From contig JABDBL010000006.1 in the NCBI GenBank assembly GCA_013288645.1, positions 18,779-82,778 on the forward strand: 64,000 bases of DNA, read 5' to 3'. The DNA is from Candidatus Melainabacteria bacterium. Its GTDB lineage: Bacteria > Cyanobacteriota > Vampirovibrionia > Obscuribacterales > Obscuribacteraceae. The notes beneath the pieces were generated by a model that was not told where the DNA came from, did no database searches, and worked only from the letters and a program-made list of their open reading frames with translations. Below are positions 18,604 through 26,336 of the stretch, piece by piece. Made by a program: the position numbers and the translations under genes. Position 1 is the first letter of the stretch. Every line of letters begins with the position of its first letter.

Positions 18604-21600
18604 TTATTTACCCCAAGATTTGGGTACTGGTCTGTTTAGTTCAGGATTCATTGATGTGATTGGTTTTCTTGGCGTTTGATTAGGGTCTAACCCAGGTATT
18701 TGATTGTAGTTGTTGGCACTTAGGTTGGAATTAGCGCTATCTGAAGTACTTGGCTGTTTATTTGATGACATGTTCTGCACAATGTTTTGAATGTTTGATG
18801 TGCCTGGAGCAAAAGGAAATGGAGGCGGTGCAGCTTCTGCTTGTTGTTTTACTGGAACGCGTTCTTTATTGGCCAAAACAGCAGATGTTTCCAGTTCTAT
18901 TTTTTGATTTTGGTCTAAGACAATTCGGTTGCCGGCTGTTTCAATGGTTGGTGCTGGTTGTCCTAAGAAAGTCCCGCAATTAGTGCAGAATTTTTTGGTT
19001 GTGGCGGGTTGTTTACAAGCGGGGCAAATACGATGGCCTAAATTGTCTTCAATCTTTTTGGGCACAACGACTGAGGCAGTAGTTGATCCATCTGGAATCA
19101 CGCCAGCAATAGGCTCAATTGCGCTAATGGTTGGATTACCAATTGTATTAACAGCCGCATCTGGTATGGCACTAGCTAACGTGTCAGCAAGTTTGCCAAC
19201 TGCAGTTGTGGATGGACTAGAAGCGCCTGTAGCCAAAGTTTCTGGCGCATTTTGCTCAGGTACTTGGCGCCAACCACCTTGTTGACCTAAGTGTGATTGC
19301 CATGGAACATGAGTGGGTAGAGGTGACGCCATCCCGTCTCCGTCAGCGGAAGGTGGCCCTGAGCGACTGGAAACGTTGTGCAATAAGTGCAAGCGAGCAA
19401 TCTCTTCAATACCCCTCAAGTCAACCATAAGTGGTTTAACTTCGCCAAATTCTGGATCTCCGGCTGGTGAGAGATAAACAAGAGCGTGTTGTTTTTCCAT
19501 ACGCTTAATAGCATCAGAATCAACTCGAGCTACAACTTGTTGCGAGTGAATGCGGTTCCAACTGGTTGGAAATACACCGCCACCTCCGGCTTGGAAGTGG
19601 TCAGATAAGCCTGGAACAATTACTGCTTGTTTACCAATTTCATCGGAGAAGAAGCGAGCTGTGGTTTCATCAGCGTTGTGTAAGCAAACCCGGACAGCAG
19701 AGTTAGAGAATATTGTACGTAATTCAGAAGAGCCGGAGCTGGCGGGGTTGGTAGATGTAGTGTTCGTAGCTATCTGACTGATGTTTTGTAAAATAACAGT
19801 CAAACCACCATTAGCACCACGAACAATTGCTGATAATCTGCCTGCTGTGTCTAAGTTCAATGTTTGATATTCATCAAAGAAAGCAAATAAAGGCAAGACT
19901 GATACAGTACCATATCTGGTATGTAAGGCTTGTTGTAATTGATATACGAAGCAAGAAGCTAATGACTCAGCATCTGGTCCTAATGCTGCCGGAGCACCAA
20001 ATATTAGAACGGTAGGTTTGTGCATTGCAGCATTTAGGTCAACATTTGATTGTTCGGTAACACGTAATACACCTGGATTCTTGAACATGCGCAGGCGACC
20101 ACGCACACCTTGTATATTTTTGTCCCAATCGGTATCTGTACGAATAATAGAAGATAATGTTTGAGTTAATTCACTCAGTTCTGCTGGATCAACTTCTGGA
20201 TTGTTTTTAAGCCGACGCAGTGACTCAACAATATTACGACGGTTATTAACCAGCTTCATTAATCCGCGTGGATTACAAGGCAGAGCTGAAATTTCAGAAA
20301 CATAACCATCTGTATCTTCACCCATTACTTGCACAGCGCCCCATTTAAGCAATTGAGTTAAGCCAGCAATATAGCCATGGTCACGTTCTGCCCAGTGTTG
20401 TTCTTCAGGAGCTAGCATATTTATATCTTGCACGATGGAAGAAGCAAATATTGTAGGAGATAGATCCATTGGATTCCAGTTGACTGATTCTTCCATATCT
20501 AGAGGGTTAAAATAGAGTGTATCAAATCCAGCTGACTTAGCCTCAGGCAACACAGTATATTTAAAACCTTCTCGCTTTTCATCTAAGGCTGGATCGTTGG
20601 CTTTGGCTTCTAAAGCGATGATTACGCAAGGCTTAGCTAGCAATGCTTTTATAATAGCGCGCATCAAAGTGGTTTTACCTGAACCTGATGGAGCTACGAT
20701 GAACATGTTTTTATTGGGTAATCGTCCTAATGGAATCGTTACTGGCAAATGAGTACGGGCAAGAAACCCGAAAGGAAGTACAACACCATCAGCCTCAGTC
20801 CAGCTAGCATTCGGATTGCGCTTACCTAAGCGTCCATGACGTCTTAAGTTAGGAGGACAAAGATATGATTTTTCATAATCTCTAGGCGTCATAAGCCCAG
20901 AAGGAGGATTAAAGGTACGAATAGTCTGCCATGGGAATAGACGCTTCTTGTGAGCCGCAGCAACACTGAGCGCAATTAATATGAGCGTTGGCAATAAGAT
21001 GGCGATGGATGTTGTATCCAAGAAGCCGTGCGGTTTGTATTGAGAAAGAGGTGCTTTGTCTGGGTGACCGGACACGCCTTCAAGTCTTAAGTTTTTGCTT
21101 TGTATAGCTTGACTGGCTGTTGGTGTTAAGCTAGATTCTGCACGTGATACTGGCTGTGGTGAATCGCTGACCGGTGGGGCAGCGTTTGTCGCTAAAGGTG
21201 TTTCAGCAAGTGGCAACTGCTCATTAGGCGAAAGAATATGGGCTCCTGGTTGGATAAGAGGATTGTCATTTGTAGGCGGTAAAGCAGTAGTTATGCCTGC
21301 CGGTAATCGAGTATGAACCCCATCATCTGGTGCAACATTATACTGTTGTGGAGAAGCATTGCGGTAATTATCTGGTGGCACTAAAACAGTATGTCCGCCT
21401 CTTGTTTGATAAGCATACATTCCACTGGGTTGGCCACTTGCTTGCGGTTGTGAAATAGAAGGTAAGCCAGTATATCCACCAGAAGAAATGGCAGGTTGAT
21501 TGGAATAGTTTGGCGTATAGCCACCTTGAAGAGTTTGCATACGGCGCTCATATTCTTGGGCGCTAATTACTTCCCCGGTATCCGAGTTGCTAAAGCGGGC

Positions 21601-21639
21601 GATTACACCCTTTTCGTTCAGTTGTGGTCTCCAGCCCAT
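18604..21639 (-). CDS. type IV coupling protein (VirD4/TraG/TraD-like ATPase) with long disordered extensions and a C-terminal zinc ribbon
   Basis: TM segment (SIAILLPTLILIALSVAAA). Walker A FIVAPSGSGKTT, Walker B LFAFFDEYQ, TVILQNISQ. CPACKQPATTKKFCTNCG near 18965-19035. AAGGAG SD before the start. Confidence 0.85.
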   Translation of the reverse strand: MGWRPQLNEKGVIARFSNSDTGEVISAQEYERRMQTLQGGYTPNYSNQPAISSGGYTGLPSISQPQASGQPSGMYAYQTRGGHTVLVPPDNYRNASPQQYNVAPDDGVHTRLPAGITTALPPTNDNPLIQPGAHILSPNEQLPLAETPLATNAAPPVSDSPQPVSRAESSLTPTASQAIQSKNLRLEGVSGHPDKAPLSQYKPHGFLDTTSIAILLPTLILIALSVAAAHKKRLFPWQTIRTFNPPSGLMTPRDYEKSYLCPPNLRRHGRLGKRNPNASWTEADGVVLPFGFLARTHLPVTIPLGRLPNKNMFIVAPSGSGKTTLMRAIIKALLAKPCVIIALEAKANDPALDEKREGFKYTVLPEAKSAGFDTLYFNPLDMEESVNWNPMDLSPTIFASSIVQDINMLAPEEQHWAERDHGYIAGLTQLLKWGAVQVMGEDTDGYVSEISALPCNPRGLMKLVNNRRNIVESLRRLKNNPEVDPAELSELTQTLSSIIRTDTDWDKNIQGVRGRLRMFKNPGVLRVTEQSNVDLNAAMHKPTVLIFGAPAALGPDAESLASCFVYQLQQALHTRYGTVSVLPLFAFFDEYQTLNLDTAGRLSAIVRGANGGLTVILQNISQIATNTTSTNPASSGSSELRTIFSNSAVRVCLHNADETTARFFSDEIGKQAVIVPGLSDHFQAGGGGVFPTSWNRIHSQQVVARVDSDAIKRMEKQHALVYLSPAGDPEFGEVKPLMVDLRGIEEIARLHLLHNVSSRSGPPSADGDGMASPLPTHVPWQSHLGQQGGWRQVPEQNAPETLATGASSPSTTAVGKLADTLASAIPDAAVNTIGNPTISAIEPIAGVIPDGSTTASVVVPKKIEDNLGHRICPACKQPATTKKFCTNCGTFLGQPAPTIETAGNRIVLDQNQKIELETSAVLANKERVPVKQQAEAAPPPFPFAPGTSNIQNIVQNMSSNKQPSTSDSANSNLSANNYNQIPGLDPNQTPRKPITSMNPELNRPVPKSWGK

Positions 21640-21650
21640 ATCCTATCTCC

Positions 21651-22286
21651 TTAGCTTTTGCCACCTTCGCTAATGCCGGCAATGCGCAACCCATCGGTTG
21701 TGTTCTTAACTAAATATTCTAATTTGACTGAGCGGGTTTTAGGTCCTTTGTTAGGTATATTTAGTACTTGCTTGCCTTCTACTGTAATAATTACTGAACC
21801 GTCTGATTGATTATTGCCAGCTGCTACACGATTGGCACTAAATGAGCTTTTAATACCGGAGGCATTTATTTGTTGAGCTATTTCTGGTGTCCAAACATTT
21901 TGTCTGTAAGCTTTTGCACATTCAGGGGTCATGTATTCTATAGCCTTTTCTTGGCTTTCGCTGGCTGTGTCTGCACTTAAATCCCAAGCTAGCGGCAACC
22001 AATCTTGGACCAGATTTAAAGAATTTAGAGGATCAGCAAACGATGCCTGGTTAGCTTGAGCCTGACCATTTGCTGTAGCATAGGTAGATGTTCGAGCAGA
22101 TGAAATTGGTCTGCCTCCACTTATATCCGGATCGTCCATATAAGCAGCTCTTGGTCGAGTTTTAGCAGCGGGCTCCGACCCACCACTAGACAATAGAATA
22201 GTGAAAAATGCTCCAGCCATCAGGCCGGCTAATGCCACCATAATTAAGGTTATTTTGTATTTTTCACCTGCTTGATAATCGAACAT
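21651..22286 (-). CDS. bitopic membrane protein in the VirB8/PrgL/TcpC position (function inferred from context only)
   Basis: One N-terminal TM (ITLIMVALAGLMAGAFFTILL) plus a ~150-aa extracytoplasmic domain. Lies between the VirB4 and VirD4 genes. Confidence 0.4.
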   Translation of the reverse strand: MFDYQAGEKYKITLIMVALAGLMAGAFFTILLSSGGSEPAAKTRPRAAYMDDPDISGGRPISSARTSTYATANGQAQANQASFADPLNSLNLVQDWLPLAWDLSADTASESQEKAIEYMTPECAKAYRQNVWTPEIAQQINASGIKSSFSANRVAAGNNQSDGSVIITVEGKQVLNIPNKGPKTRSVKLEYLVKNTTDGLRIAGISEGGKS

Positions 22287-22295
22287 ATACCTATC

Positions 22296-25148
22296 TCAAC
22301 CTTGTAAATATTGGGGACTAAATGTTTCTGGAGTGATGCCTCGGGCTAGCAAATGACAAGCCAATCTATGATCCCCACTACATAAGCTTATAAGTTTTGC
22401 CCGCATAGGCTGGTCTATGTTTGGTTCGGTAGTGGCAACCCAGTACATAAAGCGTGGTACCACAACTTTGACTACACCACGAGAGAGTTTATGATAGACG
22501 AGGAAGGCGTCGCTATACTCACGATTTTTTCTAGTTAAATGAGCGATGGCCTGCATTTCTTGTGGAGTTAAACCGCATGCCTCTCTGATCAACTCAAAGT
22601 TGCTTGGATCATTACCAAGAATAATTTTAATTGCACTGTTAGTGGCTAAATTGCGTGCCCTTTCATCACGAAGTAAATCGCTTAACTCTTGCGAAATGCC
22701 TATAAAAAGCAAACCTAAGTGGCGGCTTGTACGTGAAGCATCTTCAACCAAAGTCTTGCCACCTTCGTATCTAAGTAATCGCCACAACTCATCTATACAG
22801 AAAACAAAGCGAGCGGGCAGTCCTTTGGCCATTTGCTCAGCTTTATGTTGGGCTGCTCTTCTTAAGACGAAATCAGACACAAATAATGTCACTACGGCTT
22901 CTAGAGTTTTATCGTGAGAAAGATCTGATGTGTCGAATACCATTAATTGAGCATCCATTGGAATAGTGGTTGGTCCATCAAACAGTTTACCGAAAATAGC
23001 TCCACGACAATATAAACTTAAACGATTAGCTAAGTCTTCACAAGTTTCTGCTCGTTTTGTATTTGTTGTTTGACCAGCTTCTTTAAATAGCCAATTAACA
23101 AGATCAGATTCTATAGGTACACGATTTTCTTTAGCGGCTTGTTTGTATATTTGTTGGATACCTTGCATTAAGACTGGTTTTTCATCTTTGGTTAAAGATT
23201 GTTGACCGTGTTCACCTAACATCACTGAGTGAAAATTCAAGATTTTAATAATGTGTGATTCTGGTGGATTATTTGGGTCAAGCGGTTTTTCGCCAGGGGC
23301 TGGGACTGGCATATCATAAAGATTTATGCAAACTGAACCGTCAGGACCTAATTTGATATAGGCTGCATCATCGTAAACATCAGTTAGTATTTTGTAACTA
23401 CCAGAGCGGTCAATAATAACTGTTTTTGCTCCAGCTAAGGTTTTCATTTGGATGATTTGTTGAGCTACCATAGATTTACCTTCACCAGGTTGCCCGAAAA
23501 TAATGCAAAGAGCATTGGGCAATTTTTCATCATATGGATTTAAGAATACTGGTTCCAATGTTTCTTTGGAAAAACCTAGCCAATCACCAGATTCTGAGCC
23601 CAATTTGGCATGAACATAAGGGAATGAATTACGTATGGTTGGTGTGCGGACTATTTTTCCACGTCGTGATACATCGATGCCTAAGCCAGGTAAACTACCC
23701 GCCAACAATGATTTTTGTTCATGATAGCCAACCACAAAACGTGCACCACGGCATTGAGGAGCAGCAGTGCGTACAAGTTCAGAAGAGCGATTTAGATCAT
23801 CGAGCGTTTCAGCAAGTAAGGTAAGGTAAATTGCAAAATTGAAAACTTCAATGTTGGTTGTATAAAGTTCAGAACCTATTTGAGCTGCTTCTTGAGCCTT
23901 TTCTGCTTCTTCTTGGTTAGGAGAGGAACGTTCACCCATAATACCTTGATAAGTATTGGCGTGCGATTGAGCTTGTTTACGTTGTAATTGTTTGCGGAAT
24001 ATATCTTTATCTAGTTTATGGGCATAGATATTCATACGCCATTCACAATTTAGCCGTAAAAGTGGCATTAGCCAAAGTGGACCAGTGCGTTCTGGCAAGC
24101 GGTTCATATATAAGGTGCGCACATAGCGCCCTTTGCCATTTTCATTCTTATGAGCGTGTTGCTTAATGGTGTTCAATCGTTCACTTTCAGTGTCGGTGAA
24201 ATCAGATATTTTTATATAGTCTGCATGACTGAAGTCATAGCAAGATTCGGTAAGCTGTTCTCTAATTGTGGCTGGCTCCATGTCTGGAAACACACGGCGT
24301 AAGTTAGCTGGTATTGAGGCTTGCGTTGGTCTTACTGGTTGAGGCAAATTATTTTGGTCGTTTGCTTGGTTTGGATTCAGTTCACGATAGAGCATTTGAA
24401 AATATTCGCTGGCAGAAATTGGGCGACCACTCATACCACAATTACCAATTTGGCCAATGTAACCAACAGCACGTTGAATGAGGGTGTTAATGTTTTTGCT
24501 GTGACTGCTGACCGTTTGTCTTACAGCTTGATTGCTAAAAACGTCTACTATATGGTTAATTTGATTTTTGATCCAACTTTCATGCGCTGGTTTTTCTTTA
24601 GGTGGACGGTAGCAAAATGTTATAAAGAACTTGAGCTCCGGAACAAAATTGCGAGATAAAAGAAATTCTTGATCGTTTTCTACGCACTTAGCTACGTATT
24701 TGAGAAAATCATCGTTAACGGTATCAACTGGGTGACGAGCAAAATATTCTTCTTTACTTATGTTGTGGCAAACTACTGTTAATTGCACCGATGTATCAAT
24801 ACTGTTTATAAGACCGGTGAAGTGATTCATCAAAGTAATTAGGCGCACTTCATCAAAACCACTAACATGTATACCGTCTAGTTCATAGCAACAACGATAA
24901 CTACCGTCCTTGAGAATAGCTATACCCAATCCTGAAACATCGTCTTGAAATAGGTCCCATAAAGGAATAATGCCAGCTGCTGAAGGGTGCGAACGCGGTA
25001 CTGCGTTTGTGGGGAGCTTAGAAATGGCATCTTTTATTTCAGGGTCAATGGCAGCACGCTTTGCTTTCAATATATTTAGAAAGTCAGGTGTTTTAAGGCT
25101 GATAGAGGAAATCATTTTTTTACTCACTGAAATGGGGAAGTTCTTCAT
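22296..25148 (-). CDS. VirB4/TrbE/PrgJ-family T4SS ATPase
   Basis: Walker A FGQPGEGKS (about 23473-23500), Walker B RFVFCIDELW, GISQELSDL. 950 aa. Preceded by a VirB3-like gene. Confidence 0.9.
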   Translation of the reverse strand: MKNFPISVSKKMISSISLKTPDFLNILKAKRAAIDPEIKDAISKLPTNAVPRSHPSAAGIIPLWDLFQDDVSGLGIAILKDGSYRCCYELDGIHVSGFDEVRLITLMNHFTGLINSIDTSVQLTVVCHNISKEEYFARHPVDTVNDDFLKYVAKCVENDQEFLLSRNFVPELKFFITFCYRPPKEKPAHESWIKNQINHIVDVFSNQAVRQTVSSHSKNINTLIQRAVGYIGQIGNCGMSGRPISASEYFQMLYRELNPNQANDQNNLPQPVRPTQASIPANLRRVFPDMEPATIREQLTESCYDFSHADYIKISDFTDTESERLNTIKQHAHKNENGKGRYVRTLYMNRLPERTGPLWLMPLLRLNCEWRMNIYAHKLDKDIFRKQLQRKQAQSHANTYQGIMGERSSPNQEEAEKAQEAAQIGSELYTTNIEVFNFAIYLTLLAETLDDLNRSSELVRTAAPQCRGARFVVGYHEQKSLLAGSLPGLGIDVSRRGKIVRTPTIRNSFPYVHAKLGSESGDWLGFSKETLEPVFLNPYDEKLPNALCIIFGQPGEGKSMVAQQIIQMKTLAGAKTVIIDRSGSYKILTDVYDDAAYIKLGPDGSVCINLYDMPVPAPGEKPLDPNNPPESHIIKILNFHSVMLGEHGQQSLTKDEKPVLMQGIQQIYKQAAKENRVPIESDLVNWLFKEAGQTTNTKRAETCEDLANRLSLYCRGAIFGKLFDGPTTIPMDAQLMVFDTSDLSHDKTLEAVVTLFVSDFVLRRAAQHKAEQMAKGLPARFVFCIDELWRLLRYEGGKTLVEDASRTSRHLGLLFIGISQELSDLLRDERARNLATNSAIKIILGNDPSNFELIREACGLTPQEMQAIAHLTRKNREYSDAFLVYHKLSRGVVKVVVPRFMYWVATTEPNIDQPMRAKLISLCSGDHRLACHLLARGITPETFSPQYLQG

Positions 25149-25458
25149 CGATTAGAAAACGTCTGGGATTTGGATCTGGACCAGGGATATATACTTGAGA
25201 GGTTAAATTAAAATTGATAATGGCCTCCCAATTTGCCACTGAACCATGCATTGTGGCAAAGGCGTAGATAGGACCGATAAGACCTAAAATGAGTGAAATG
25301 TCAAAGCGCAAATCTTGCCCAGCAAAATTAATTGGATTGCACCAGGAGTAGAATTGAGAGGAGATAATTAAGCTAGCTAATATGCTAATCAGCTGATCAT
25401 AGCGTAAGCCAAATAACTTTGGGCAATCTTCTAAATTTAGTGGTGTGATATCTTCCAT
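25120..25458 (-). CDS. PrgI/VirB3-like small membrane protein
   Basis: 112 aa. KLFGLRYDQLISILASLII resembles the (K)LFGLTxRQL N-terminal motif of PrgI/VirB3-like proteins. Two hydrophobic segments. Directly upstream of and overlapping VirB4. Confidence 0.55.
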   Translation of the reverse strand: MEDITPLNLEDCPKLFGLRYDQLISILASLIISSQFYSWCNPINFAGQDLRFDISLILGLIGPIYAFATMHGSVANWEAIINFNLTSQVYIPGPDPNPRRFLIDEELPHFSE

Positions 25459-25481
25459 GATTCTTAGCCTTCTTGTTATTC

Positions 25482-26306
25482 TTATACGGTTGCTTTCAGG
25501 GGTCTTTTAGGCGGTAAAAGGTTTGACCTATTTGTTATGCTGTCAAAAGGATTGTTATTAGCGACGCTGAAGTCAGACTGAATTTTTTCAGTCAATTGAG
25601 TTACCTCTTGCTTTTCTTTTTCTTCATTAGATAATTCATTAATCAGTTTTGGGAAGAATATTTGCTGTACTTGTTTATTTGTCAATAAAACAGGATCACT
25701 ATTCTTTTTACTAGCTAAATTCTTCTGATTGTCAATCAATTCTTGGGGTAAATTCGCACTATTGTTGACCAAAGCGAATGCTGTAATTGCTTGTTCAAAC
25801 CGCCCGCTTAATCGTAATAATTCTGCTAATACATATTGATAACGGGAACGATTGTTTTGCCAAATGCTGTCATTTATTGCAATGGCAAGTTCTTGGATAG
25901 CTAAAGTTAGCCATTTACTGGTGTCTTGATTACTTTCTTTAGCGCACCAATATCCATTTAATGCTAGAAGGGCGCGATCAAGAAGATGAAAATTATTTTT
26001 ACGCCCTGTCAGTATGGCATGAGCAAATTTCTTAGGATGATCAACATCAGGCGTTATAGCTATGCCTACTGGCAAAAAATAATGCCGGTTAAATGTATTT
26101 GTCCACCAGCTATGTTGACATTGAGGACAAATAGTGACGAGGCAAGAACGCACAGCGCCATAAGGTAATACACGATGAAGGTCTGCTTCGACAGGTAAAG
26201 TAGCTGTCATTTCAGACATTTTAAAAGGTATTTGCGTAGCAAAAACCTCATTGCATGAGGGACAACTGACTGAAATTGCTTGAATAATAAATTCGAAAGG
26301 GGACAT
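25482..26306 (-). CDS. zinc-ribbon plus TPR-like helical protein (DUF2225-like architecture)
   Basis: CPSCNEVF ... ICPQCQHSWW gives two CxxC pairs around an EADLHRV segment, followed by a helical repeat region (ELLRLSGRFEQAITAFALV). GAAGG SD. Confidence 0.5.
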   Translation of the reverse strand: MSPFEFIIQAISVSCPSCNEVFATQIPFKMSEMTATLPVEADLHRVLPYGAVRSCLVTICPQCQHSWWTNTFNRHYFLPVGIAITPDVDHPKKFAHAILTGRKNNFHLLDRALLALNGYWCAKESNQDTSKWLTLAIQELAIAINDSIWQNNRSRYQYVLAELLRLSGRFEQAITAFALVNNSANLPQELIDNQKNLASKKNSDPVLLTNKQVQQIFFPKLINELSNEEKEKQEVTQLTEKIQSDFSVANNNPFDSITNRSNLLPPKRPLKATV

Positions 26307-26336
26307 TGCAAATTACCTTCTCTGCCATACATAAGA

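Noticed and set aside
18750-20015. Plus-strand ORFs 18750..18983, 18929..19285, 19550..19777 and 19827..20015
   Set aside because: All are embedded antisense in the 1011-aa coupling-protein gene, whose Walker motifs validate the minus-strand frame.
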